Below, in pieces: positions 51,302 through 60,613 of a stretch of DNA of 64,000 nt. The stretch covers positions 15,054-79,053 of the forward strand of contig JAVJSW010000018.1 in the NCBI GenBank assembly GCA_040219255.1, read 5' to 3'. This stretch comes from Sumerlaeia bacterium (lineage in GTDB: Bacteria > Sumerlaeota > Sumerlaeia > SLMS01 > JAHLLQ01). Positions within the stretch are counted from its first letter, which is position 1, and each line of letters begins with the position of its first letter. A program made the position numbers and the translations under genes. Below the pieces are notes generated by a model. It did not search any database. It was not told the DNA's origin and worked only from the letters and a program-made list of their open reading frames with translations.

Positions 51302-51846
51302 AACTCCATTTCGGTCTCGACTCGGAAGTACTCGCGCCCCTCGGCCAGGGCGGCCTCCCTTTCATCGAGGTAGATGGTGACGCGGCATTCGCTGTCGCCC
51401 CGGGCGATGGCCTTCTCCACATCGACCTTGGCATAGCCGAGGTTACGAGCCGCGACAACACCGAAAACGCTGCTGGTCATCATGCACAGCGAGGGCCGGC
51501 CACGCACCAGATCGCCAAAGGGACAACGCCGATTGCCCAGCACAAGGCGCCGGTCGTTCTCCTCGAGAATGTAGAAGTCCCCGCCGATGCGCCGCTTCAA
51601 ATCGAGCAGCACGGCCGCCACCTGCTCGCGGTTGAGGCGTTGCAGCTTCAGAGCGTCGCGGTACTGCTCGTTGATGTCGTGGCCGACTCGCGTGCCGACG
51701 ATGCCGATGAATCCGGCGCATTCCCGCTCGCCCACGACCTCCTGCAGGCTCTGGGTCAATTCGCCGATCAGCTTGCGCAGAAAGCTCCCGTCGCTGTGCT
51801 CAATAGAACAGGCGGCGATGCGTTCCGTTTCCTTTTGAGAAACCAT
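51298..51846 (-). CDS. Methanogen output domain 1 (MetOD1/V4R-like) protein
   Basis: DLKRRIGGDF, CPFG, GRPSLCMMTSSVFG, NLGYAKV, IARGDSEC; ATGA overlap with the DGC. Confidence 0.85.
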   Translation of the reverse strand: MVSQKETERIAACSIEHSDGSFLRKLIGELTQSLQEVVGERECAGFIGIVGTRVGHDINEQYRDALKLQRLNREQVAAVLLDLKRRIGGDFYILEENDRRLVLGNRRCPFGDLVRGRPSLCMMTSSVFGVVAARNLGYAKVDVEKAIARGDSECRVTIYLDEREAALAEGREYFRVETEMEL

Positions 51847-52096
51847 GGTGATCCTTTGGAGACGGTGCGGAACGGACCGCGAAGTATCGCAAGGAAACCG
51901 CCTTTGATCTTCTCGCAGACGTGAAAACGAAAAGCAAGCGCCAAACCCGATCCGACGGGTCTGAGTTCATTGGGCGCGGAATTGAGAATGCGGAAAAACG
52001 ATGGGAAAAGAAAGCTGGAGCTGGAGCCTGTCCTCGATGCCTTCGGGCGGCATACCAGCAAGGTGCAACGGGCGAGAAGATCGGGCTGTTTCGGGA

Positions 52097-52134
52097 TTGA
52101 CAGCGGCGGCATGATATTGAGAATGATTTTCATT
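52097..52134 (+). promoter_or_regulatory. Promoter with overlapping Fur/Zur-family box
   Basis: TTGACA at 52097; 7-1-7 box TGAGAAT-G-ATTTTCA (52118-52132) over the -10 region. Confidence 0.72.
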
Positions 52135-52187
52135 CCTTTGGGGCTCCGCCCGATCCACTCCCATCTTGTTTCAAGAAAGCCCATCCG

Positions 52188-53432
52188 ATGCGCGCTTCAA
52201 CTCCCGAGACCCGGCTGCCAGTCACCGTCTTGTCCGGTTTTCTCGGCGCCGGAAAGACAACCCTCCTGAACCACGTCCTGAGAAACCGGGAGGGGTTGAA
52301 AGTGGCCGTGATCGTCAACGACATGAGCGAAATCAACATGGATGGCGCGTTGATCCGAAAGGGCGGCGCGGCCCTGAGCCGGGTCGATGAGAAGCTGGTG
52401 GAGATGAGCAACGGCTGCATTTGCTGCACGCTGCGCGAGGACTTGCTGGTGGAGGTGCGCCGGCTGGCCCGCGAGGGGCGATTCGACTATCTGCTGATCG
52501 AGTCGAGCGGGGTCAGCGAGCCGCTGCCGGTGGCGGAGACCTTCGAGTTCGAAGACGAGGAGGGGCATTGCCTGGGGGAGTTCGCACGGCTCGATACGAT
52601 GCTGACGGTGGTCGACGCGGCGAACTTCATGGACGATTTTTTGTCTACCGAGGAACTGCGGAGCCGGGGCCTTTCCATGGGAGAGGAGGATGATCGCTGC
52701 GTGGTGCATCTACTGACGGATCAGATCGAATTCGCCGACGTGATTGTACTGAACAAGTGCGACGCGGTGGAGGAGAAGACGCGCCATAAAGTCCGCCGGA
52801 TCGTCGAAGAGTTGAACCCGAGAGCGCGCCTGATCGAGGCAACGCGCGGCGCCATTCCCCTCGGGGAGGTGCTCCATACGGGGCGTTTCGACCTGGAGAA
52901 AGCGCGTGAAGGCAGCAACTGGCTGAGGGAAGAACGCATCGGCGAACACACGCCAGAGACGGAAGAGTATGGGATCGGCCACTTCGTCTATCGGGCGAGG
53001 CGGCCGTTCCACCCCGAGCGCCTGATGGATTTTCTGCACTCGGGATTTCGAGGCATTTACCGGTCAAAGGGTTACTTCTGGCTGGCCAGCAAGATGGACG
53101 TGGCCTGCTTCTGGTCCCAGGCGGGGCGGACCGTCGACTACATGCCAGCGGGCATTTGGGGCGCGGCGGTGCCCCGGCCTCAATGGCCCGATGACGAGGC
53201 GACGCGGCGGGAAATCCTGACCAATTGGGCCGAACCCTGGGGAGACCGGCGCCAGGAAATCGTCTTCATCGGCCGCCATCTCGAACGCCAGGAGGCCGAG
53301 CGGCGGCTCGGCGCCTGCCTTCTGGATGACGAGGAATACGCGCTGGGCCCGGAGTCCTGGGCCTTGGTTCCAGACCCGTTCCCCGACTGGAAACTGGTTC
53401 CGCCGCAAGTCCCGGCGGCAGGCGGAGAGTGA
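52188..53432 (+). CDS. COG0523/CobW-family metallochaperone GTPase (ZigA/YciC-like)
   Basis: [47 protein letters not shown]. Confidence 0.93.
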   Translation: MRASTPETRLPVTVLSGFLGAGKTTLLNHVLRNREGLKVAVIVNDMSEINMDGALIRKGGAALSRVDEKLVEMSNGCICCTLREDLLVEVRRLAREGRFDYLLIESSGVSEPLPVAETFEFEDEEGHCLGEFARLDTMLTVVDAANFMDDFLSTEELRSRGLSMGEEDDRCVVHLLTDQIEFADVIVLNKCDAVEEKTRHKVRRIVEELNPRARLIEATRGAIPLGEVLHTGRFDLEKAREGSNWLREERIGEHTPETEEYGIGHFVYRARRPFHPERLMDFLHSGFRGIYRSKGYFWLASKMDVACFWSQAGRTVDYMPAGIWGAAVPRPQWPDDEATRREILTNWAEPWGDRRQEIVFIGRHLERQEAERRLGACLLDDEEYALGPESWALVPDPFPDWKLVPPQVPAAGGE

Positions 53433-53696
53433 CGGCACGATGCGGGAAAGCTTTTCTATCTCTTGGAGTAGTTCTCGAGACCCTTTCCGCAAGAAGGTAT
53501 CACGGCGCGTCCCGCCCGTGACCGGCCATCATTCGCAACCCGAGCGTCCTCAGTCCTCGGGAAAGCGCGGCTGATCATGGCCGGGACGGCCATGTTACCT
53601 TGAATTTCAAGAAGCGTTCTCGACTTTCCCTTTGCGTGAAGCCCAGACCGGATCGACGATTGGCTCGACTTCGCCGATGGATGATGCTCCGCCCCC

Positions 53697-54761
53697 ATGC
53701 CCCCGCCCACCCCATCGCCAAACGCCTGGATGACACCGCCGCCCGGCTCGCGGGGGGATCTGTGGGATGGGCAGGTCTGGCTGCCGGGCCAGGAACGCGT
53801 GGCCGAGGAATCGGGCATTCCGGCGGAATTGTTTCTGGAGGACGAAGGCGAACTGACCGAGGAAGAACGCTCGCGCCTGCGGCGTCAGGAACGGCGCCGC
53901 AAACGGCAATCGGTGCGGTTTCAAGAATGGGCGCCCAAGACGCATGTGCTGGTCATCGCGGCGTGGGTTGCGGGGGCGATGGCGGCATTGTCCACGGGGC
54001 CGGCGCTGGTGCTGCTGCCGTTTCTGGCGGGGCTGGGGATTTTGCTGTCGGCGGGGGCGGCGACGCTGCTCTACACGATTCACAAGGACAAAGCGAGCGG
54101 CCACGGCCAGGTCTGGGCGGCCATGGCGCTGGCGGTGGTTCTGCTGGCGGTGGATCAGCAGCGGCCCGAGGGTGGGCTCTGGCGCGCCATGTACATCGAC
54201 TCGGCGGCGGAACCGCGCTTCTACACGGCCGACGGCCGCACGGAAGCCACCGAGGAACGCATGGTGCTCCTGTCGCGCATCGTCGCCTGCGCCAGCCATC
54301 GCCTCGGGCCCGAGAAGGTCCTCGCCGTGGGGCGCGACGGCGCCAACTTCGCTGTCAATCCCCGGTCCGAATACTTCGCCGTCTCGACCATCGCCAAGCC
54401 CGACCCGAATGCGGTGGATGCAGGGCTTGGCTTCAGCGACTACACACAGGCCGACCTGCCGCTCGATCCCTACGCCGACGACCCGGGCGCGACCTTTGGC
54501 GCGTACTTCACTGAAAAGCATCTGCTGATTTACAGCCGTGGCCCCGACGGCGACTGGGACATCAACCCGCGCCGTCCGGTCAGTGAACACAGCGCCGACC
54601 CGAGCGCCGACCTCGCCCCCTTCCTCGCCGCCGGCACCCCCGACACTCCGGGCCCGGAAGGCGACATCCTGATGGTCTTCCCGAGAGCGACTCTCCTTGA
54701 GGACGCGGACTGCGGCGCGCTGCGCGAGGAGCTGCGGGGGGAAAAGGGGAGCTGGTTTTAA
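53697..54761 (+). CDS. Hypothetical membrane protein with GspG/pseudopilin-like C-terminal motif
   Basis: About 3 TM segments; LPLDPY...LLIYSRGPDGD...GDI. Confidence 0.6.
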   Translation: MPPPTPSPNAWMTPPPGSRGDLWDGQVWLPGQERVAEESGIPAELFLEDEGELTEEERSRLRRQERRRKRQSVRFQEWAPKTHVLVIAAWVAGAMAALSTGPALVLLPFLAGLGILLSAGAATLLYTIHKDKASGHGQVWAAMALAVVLLAVDQQRPEGGLWRAMYIDSAAEPRFYTADGRTEATEERMVLLSRIVACASHRLGPEKVLAVGRDGANFAVNPRSEYFAVSTIAKPDPNAVDAGLGFSDYTQADLPLDPYADDPGATFGAYFTEKHLLIYSRGPDGDWDINPRRPVSEHSADPSADLAPFLAAGTPDTPGPEGDILMVFPRATLLEDADCGALREELRGEKGSWF

Positions 54762-54781
54762 GGGGACACGGAGGCGAAGTG

Positions 54782-54900
54782 GCCACGGATGGGCACGGGT
54801 AGGGGAATCGGATTTTCCTACTTTGAAAGAGTCGAAGTGCCACTTGGCCAGCCGGTTTCAGCCCGGCCCCATCTGAATCCTATCCGTGCAAATCCGTGGC
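54782..54900. repeat. 22-bp inverted repeat (REP/MITE-like) between convergent genes
   Basis: GCCACGGATGGGCACGGGTAGG versus the reverse complement of CCTATCCGTGCAAATCCGTGGC (19/22). Confidence 0.75.
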
Positions 54901-54948
54901 GTCGATTCTCTGTGTAACCTCTCTCCTCTGAGCCCTCTGTGGTTTTTA

Positions 54949-56115
54949 CTACACCCCCACCCACGGGTCCAGCGTTCCCGCCACCCAGCGCTCGCAGAAC
55001 ACGCCGATTTCCTTGGCGGTCGGGCCGCGGCCTTCGCGGACGTAGAAGCCGCTGACGGCTTTGCCGATGGCGAGGGCGAGACGGGGTTCGAGGCCCAGCA
55101 GGCGCGCGAAGCAGTAGCCGCCGTTGAAGTGATCGCCCGCCCCGGTGGTCAGTTTGGGCGCGGCGCACATCGGGCCCTGGATGGTGCCTTCGCCGTCGGC
55201 GCCATAGGCGCTGGCGAAGGTGCGCGGGTGGATCACGATTTCCCCGATGCCGCTGGCGTCGGCGATGCGGCGGGCGCGATCGATCAGGCCTGGGCCGTCG
55301 GACTCGCCGTAGGGCAGGCTCAAGGCCTCGCACACTTCCTCGCTCTCTTTTTCGTTCAGGCCGAGAATGGGCGTGGCTTTGGTGCGGCCAAAGGATGAAA
55401 TGACCTCGACGCATTCGCGCAGGTCCTCGCGGCTGCGCTTCTGCGGATCGCAGAGGTCGAAGAAAATGAAGTCGGGGCCCTTGTCGCCGACGGCTTCCGC
55501 GAGGCGGTCGCTGAGGTCGCGCCAGACGCTGGTCAGGTGGGGGATCATGGTCCAGTTCACCATGGCCACGATGTCCGCGTCGGCCATCATGCTATCGAGG
55601 ACGCCCTGGCCCCCGAGGCGCTCGACCATGTTGGGATAGGTAATTTGCGAGAGGGTCTGCAACTTGCCGTGCATGATTTTGCCGTCGTCGAATTCGGCGG
55701 CGGTGGTGACGCCCGGGTCGGCGATGCTGGCGACCGAGCCCCAGCGCTTCAGCGGATCGAAGGTCGGGTTCATCATCGGCCAGCCGAGGGCGCCGACGTA
55801 GTTCACCTTGGTCCCGAGAGCCCCCATGGCGTCGGCCATCAGGGGCCCGTTGCCGCCCATCTTGATCTGCTGGATCACAAATTCCACGTTCGTCGATTTG
55901 CCCGCCGCGCCGGCCAGCCGGTGCGCGTAATCGGTGATGGTGCGGACCGGTGTGTATTGGGTGGGGGTCACGCGTTGATCGACGACTTGCACGATTTCAT
56001 CGATGAATCCATCGAGGCCGACAAAGGCGCGAGGGGCGCGCTTGCTCGAGAAAAGGGATTCGGCCAGAGTGCCGGCGGCTTCGGAAATGTGGCTTTTCAG
56101 GTCGGGGGCAGTCAT
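54949..56115 (-). CDS. PfkB-family carbohydrate kinase
   Basis: KMGGNG, GLNEKE, TTGAGDHFNGG. Confidence 0.85.
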   Translation of the reverse strand: MTAPDLKSHISEAAGTLAESLFSSKRAPRAFVGLDGFIDEIVQVVDQRVTPTQYTPVRTITDYAHRLAGAAGKSTNVEFVIQQIKMGGNGPLMADAMGALGTKVNYVGALGWPMMNPTFDPLKRWGSVASIADPGVTTAAEFDDGKIMHGKLQTLSQITYPNMVERLGGQGVLDSMMADADIVAMVNWTMIPHLTSVWRDLSDRLAEAVGDKGPDFIFFDLCDPQKRSREDLRECVEVISSFGRTKATPILGLNEKESEEVCEALSLPYGESDGPGLIDRARRIADASGIGEIVIHPRTFASAYGADGEGTIQGPMCAAPKLTTGAGDHFNGGYCFARLLGLEPRLALAIGKAVSGFYVREGRGPTAKEIGVFCERWVAGTLDPWVGV

Positions 56116-56215
56116 AGGGTCAGAGGCTCCAGGGGGTCCGTGGATCGGTTACGAAAACGGCGTGCATGGTGCGTTCCAACCGCGTGCGGGAACAAGGGCG
56201 ATTCGGGAGGCTATG

Positions 56216-59200
56216 TCAGGGAAGAGGAAGACTTGGAGGGGTGGAATCGCCCCCCGTCTTCACCTCATACTCCTGCGCCATGGCCCGGTACTCCCAGCCC
56301 CGGCCGCGGTTGTTCACGCCTTCGTAGGCTTCGGCGATGGTGGTGGCCAGGGCGACGCCCATTTCGCGGTACAGGACGTTGTCCGGCGGCAGGGCGCTGG
56401 GCGGGGGAACGCGGCGCAGGAACGGCAGGGCGGTCGAGACCACGTCTTCATATCGGCCCTGGACCAGATAGGCGCGGGCCAGGCTGTTGGCGATCCATTG
56501 GGCGTTGATCCAGAGCGGTGAACCCATCTCGCGCGGGTTTTCCAGTTCTTCCCGGGTCAGGCGCCGCAGGTCGTCGAACTCCAGGAGGCGGTCGATGCTG
56601 TCGTCTTCCGGAGCGATTTTCCGGGCTTCCACATAGGCGCGGGCGGCGCCGGGGAAATCGTGGAAGCGATAGAGGCTATGGCCTTCGAAGAGCGCGAGGT
56701 TGGCCTTCTGATAGCGCGCCACTTTTCGCTCAAGGCTGCGGTCGCCTTGGGCCTCCTCCGAAACCAGATCCCAGGCCGGGACCTGTACCGCGTAGATGTT
56801 GCCCATGTTCTCGGCCACGGGCTTGGGGCCGTAGCCGTAACGCGGCGAGAGGAACTCGATGATGGGCGTGTTTTCCGTGTTCAGAGGCCCCTCGCCGACG
56901 TAGGCGTCGAGCCCGCGCTCGTCGGCGACGAAACTGGCGATCAGCTTGGCCGGTTCGCGCAGGCCGATTTCGTCCAGATCGCCCTGGATCGCTTGGTTTA
57001 CGAGGGCGCGCTCGATGGCGGCGGGATCGATTTCGAGCTGTCCCCGGCCTCCGATGAACAGGCAGTAGTGGATCGGCTGGTTCGTGAAGTACCAGACAGA
57101 CATCTGGGGGAAGACTTCCTTGAAGGTTCGCAGAACGATCCGGAAGGCTTCGTCGCTCAGTCCACCGAGCGGCATCCAGACCACGCAGAGGCCACGCTCG
57201 GTGAGCCGTTCGCGGCACAGTTCGAAGTACTGCAAGTCGTAGAGGTTGGCGTTCGATTTGTAGCGCAAATCCGTGCAATCGGTCGCGATCACATCGTAGG
57301 ACAAATCGGTGAAGCGCAGGTAGCTGCGCGCGTCGTCCACGATCACGCGATAGCGCGGGTCAAAGGTGCGGAAACCGGGCACCGGTTCGACGGTGTAATC
57401 CGCCAGCGGATGGGCGGCGCCGGGCAGGCGGTCGAGGCCCTCGGCGATCGCCTCCTCGACCTGCTCCTCGGGATAGAGAATGCCGTGGTTGGCGCCGGTC
57501 ATGGTGGGGGCCGCTTCCAGGACCTCGGGGCTGATTTCGATGGCGTGGATTTCCTCGATGTCCGGGTACAGCGTATAGGACCACGACGCCCCGCCGGCGC
57601 CAAAGCCAACGGTCAGGACGCGGGTCGCCTCGCCGCCCAGCAGCACCGCCGGCACGTGGGCCAGGGACTTCTGATCCGTCTGGAGATAGGGCTCGGTGCC
57701 CGCAACGCCGACGGCATCGACGTAGATGGTGCGCCAGCCGCGGTTGTCTTCGAAGACGGAAACGGTGGCCAGGGGGCCTTCTTCGTAGTAGATGGTCTTC
57801 TCGCCCGCCGTCGTCTGATGGAATTGGGTGGCGGCGCTCCGGATGGCCACGATCAGCACCGCCGCCAGCGCCATCGCCCCCAGCACGCCGACGCGCAGGG
57901 GCTGGCCTTTGGCCGTGGCCGCCGGGTGGATGGCCAGCAGCGCGCACGCCGCCAGAGCCCCCGCCACCGCCAGAATCGCAATGGTCGTCGAAATCCCCAG
58001 CAGCGGAATCAGCACGAAGCCGCCGAGGAAGCTCCCCAGAATCGCCCCCAGCGTGTTCAGCGCGTACACCACGCCGATGTCGTGACCGAGTTGGGCCAGC
58101 CGGCCGACGCTCAACCGCGCCACCACCGGGAACGCCATGCCCATCAGGAGCGTCGGCAAGCCGATGGCCAACGTCGTCCGGAAGAAGATGTTGCCGATGG
58201 CGGCCCACCACCGAAGGCGGTCGCCGTCCAGCTCTTCCATGACCAGCCAGGGCGGCAGGTCGGTCTTGATCACGAAACTGGACAGCGCGCCCGTCAGCGC
58301 GATGCCGAAGATCAGTGTGATATAAACCGCGAGAGGATCTCGCAGGCGGTCCACGATGGCCTGCATGGCGGCGCTGCCGATGGCCAGTCCGAGCAGGAAA
58401 ACCGTCAACATGCCAGCGAAACTGTAGGTGGTGGCTTTCAAGGTCTCGAACCCGAAAATCAACGACCGCGTCCAGGCGATTTGGTAACAAAGGGCGATCA
58501 AGCCGCAAAGAAAGTACGTGGCCAGCACGAGCCGCAGGGCGCCCTTGGCCGAAATGCGCGCCGTATCGCGCAGCACCGGCGGCGCGGCGATCGCATTGGT
58601 GTATGGCTCGTGGGTGGCCTCCGGCGTCAGGAGCGACCAACCGATGGCCGCCGCCAGCGCCGCCACGATCACGTTCACCGTCACCGCGACAAACGTGGTG
58701 CCGGAAATGCCAAGGGCCTCGATCAGGTAGAACCCGGTCAGGAACGTACCCACCACGGCGCCGGTCGTGTTCAAGGCGTACAGCCCGCCCACGCGGCGTC
58801 CGACGCGCTCGAAATCCGCCGTGATGGCCTTCGACATCACCGGCAGCGTCGCCCCCATCAGCGTCGTCGGCACCAGGAGCAGCGCTCCCGCCAACGCAAA
58901 GCGCAAAAGGCTGAAGACAAAGAACGTGCCTTCGCCACCGGTGGCGTAGAAGGCCCCGAGGATCGGTTCGGTCAGGCGCAAGGCCAGCGGAAACAGCAGT
59001 CCCGCCACGGCGATGCCAACCTCGAGCCCGCCGTAGAACAGCAGCGGCCGCTTCAGGCTGTCCGCCTTCTTGCCGAACAACCACGACCCGAGAGCCAAGC
59101 CGCCCATAAAGGCCGTCAGCACCGTCGCCACAGCATAGAGCGTGGCGCCGAACATGGTGGTCAGTTGGCGCGTCCACACGACCTGATAAACCAGACCGGC

Positions 59201-59335
59201 GGCGCCGCTGAGCAAAAACATCAAGGCAATGGCGAACCGCCGCGTTCCCCCCAGGGGGTCTTCGGCGGGTGCGGTGCGGTGCGGTCTGTCTGGCTGGGAT
59301 TCTTGAGTCGAGGGTTTGGTGGCAAGGTCGCTCAT
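56216..59335 (-). CDS. Fused MFS-like/spermidine synthase-like methyltransferase with C-terminal TPR-like helices
   Basis: SGAAGLVYQVVW, FMGGLALG, YALNT twice, VGFGAGG, DDAR, YDVIATD. Confidence 0.88.
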   Translation of the reverse strand: MSDLATKPSTQESQPDRPHRTAPAEDPLGGTRRFAIALMFLLSGAAGLVYQVVWTRQLTTMFGATLYAVATVLTAFMGGLALGSWLFGKKADSLKRPLLFYGGLEVGIAVAGLLFPLALRLTEPILGAFYATGGEGTFFVFSLLRFALAGALLLVPTTLMGATLPVMSKAITADFERVGRRVGGLYALNTTGAVVGTFLTGFYLIEALGISGTTFVAVTVNVIVAALAAAIGWSLLTPEATHEPYTNAIAAPPVLRDTARISAKGALRLVLATYFLCGLIALCYQIAWTRSLIFGFETLKATTYSFAGMLTVFLLGLAIGSAAMQAIVDRLRDPLAVYITLIFGIALTGALSSFVIKTDLPPWLVMEELDGDRLRWWAAIGNIFFRTTLAIGLPTLLMGMAFPVVARLSVGRLAQLGHDIGVVYALNTLGAILGSFLGGFVLIPLLGISTTIAILAVAGALAACALLAIHPAATAKGQPLRVGVLGAMALAAVLIVAIRSAATQFHQTTAGEKTIYYEEGPLATVSVFEDNRGWRTIYVDAVGVAGTEPYLQTDQKSLAHVPAVLLGGEATRVLTVGFGAGGASWSYTLYPDIEEIHAIEISPEVLEAAPTMTGANHGILYPEEQVEEAIAEGLDRLPGAAHPLADYTVEPVPGFRTFDPRYRVIVDDARSYLRFTDLSYDVIATDCTDLRYKSNANLYDLQYFELCRERLTERGLCVVWMPLGGLSDEAFRIVLRTFKEVFPQMSVWYFTNQPIHYCLFIGGRGQLEIDPAAIERALVNQAIQGDLDEIGLREPAKLIASFVADERGLDAYVGEGPLNTENTPIIEFLSPRYGYGPKPVAENMGNIYAVQVPAWDLVSEEAQGDRSLERKVARYQKANLALFEGHSLYRFHDFPGAARAYVEARKIAPEDDSIDRLLEFDDLRRLTREELENPREMGSPLWINAQWIANSLARAYLVQGRYEDVVSTALPFLRRVPPPSALPPDNVLYREMGVALATTIAEAYEGVNNRGRGWEYRAMAQEYEVKTGGDSTPPSLPLP

Positions 59336-59537
59336 GATCGGCTGGGGGGCGGCTATCCTCTCGCGGCAATGGGTCTGTCAAAACCCGGGAACGCTGCCGG
59401 AGGGCGGGAACCAAGGCAATCGGGAAGTCAGCGGGCGAAGGACGGGGCGGGGGAGAGGGAAGGCGCGGGGCTTGCCGCCGTTGGCTGCGGCGCCCGGGCG
59501 AGCGCTCGTGTTCTTCGTGGCAATTTTCTCTCCCCGC

Positions 59538-60551
59538 CTACTCTTCCTCCTCGTCGAGGGGTACCAGAATTTTCGAGGGTTTGTACCAGGGCGCGGGGGA
59601 GCCGCGGAATTCGTGGGGCGGCGGGCTGGGGGGAGCGGGCAGGACTTCGGCGAGCGCGATGGCGTCCGATTCCGGCGGACAGAGGAACACGAGATCGCCG
59701 AACTCCGGTTGCACCGCGTTGTCGGCTGAGAGTGTCACGAGATCGGACGGTATGGCCTGGCCGCGCTTGATCCAGCGGGCGGCGCCCTCGCCGACATAGG
59801 CGATGGGCCAATCGGGCAGGGCGTCGATCATGGGGGCCATATACTGGCCGAAATCGTCCTCTTCGGTCGCGCGCAGGACATCCAGTGCGACCGCTTCCTC
59901 CAGCGTGTAGTCGCCGACGGCGGTGCGGCGCAGCGCCGATACCATTGCCCCGCAGCCCGCGTCGCGCCCCAGTTCGTGAACCAGCGACCGCACGTAAGTC
60001 CCCGAGGAGCAGGCGATAACGAAGCGCGCCGTGGTGCGCCCTTCTTCGTCCTGGCCGAGGTCGCTGATGGTGTATTCGTCCACGGTGACGGGCCGCGCTT
60101 CGACCTCGACATCCTCGCCTTTGCGGGCGTACTCATAGAGTTTCTTGCCGGCGACGCGCTTGGCGCTGTAGGGCGGAGGGACCTGATCGATGTCGCCGGT
60201 GAAGTCCTGGGTCAGTTCTTGCAGGCGGGCGAGGTCCGGCACGGGGCCACCGGGGCCGGCGACGACCTCGCCGTCGGTGTCGTAGGTGTCGGACTGAAAG
60301 CCCAGAACCATGGTGCCTTCGTAGGTTTTGTCGAGCCCCACGAGGTATTCGTTCAGCCGGGTGGCTTCGCCGAGAAGAACGACCAAAAGGCCCGTTGCCA
60401 AGGGATCGAGCGTGCCTGTATGTCCCACGCGGCGTGTTCCGGCGGCGCGGCGCACCACATTGACCACGTCCTGCGACGTCATGCCGGTGGGTTTGTCCAC
60501 CGCCACCACTCCGTGATAGCGAGATAACCTTCTTGAACGCCTCCGAGACAT
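59538..60551 (-). CDS. truB: tRNA pseudouridine(55) synthase
   Basis: DKPTGMTS, GHTGTLDPLATG, QVPPPYSA, CSSGTYVRSL, LRRT. Confidence 0.96.
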   Translation of the reverse strand: MSRRRSRRLSRYHGVVAVDKPTGMTSQDVVNVVRRAAGTRRVGHTGTLDPLATGLLVVLLGEATRLNEYLVGLDKTYEGTMVLGFQSDTYDTDGEVVAGPGGPVPDLARLQELTQDFTGDIDQVPPPYSAKRVAGKKLYEYARKGEDVEVEARPVTVDEYTISDLGQDEEGRTTARFVIACSSGTYVRSLVHELGRDAGCGAMVSALRRTAVGDYTLEEAVALDVLRATEEDDFGQYMAPMIDALPDWPIAYVGEGAARWIKRGQAIPSDLVTLSADNAVQPEFGDLVFLCPPESDAIALAEVLPAPPSPPPHEFRGSPAPWYKPSKILVPLDEEEE

Positions 60552-60613
60552 CGTCGTCTGCTCCTGTATCGTCTGGTAGTTCCGGGGCGGAAGGAGGCCC
60601 GCCGCCGATCGAG

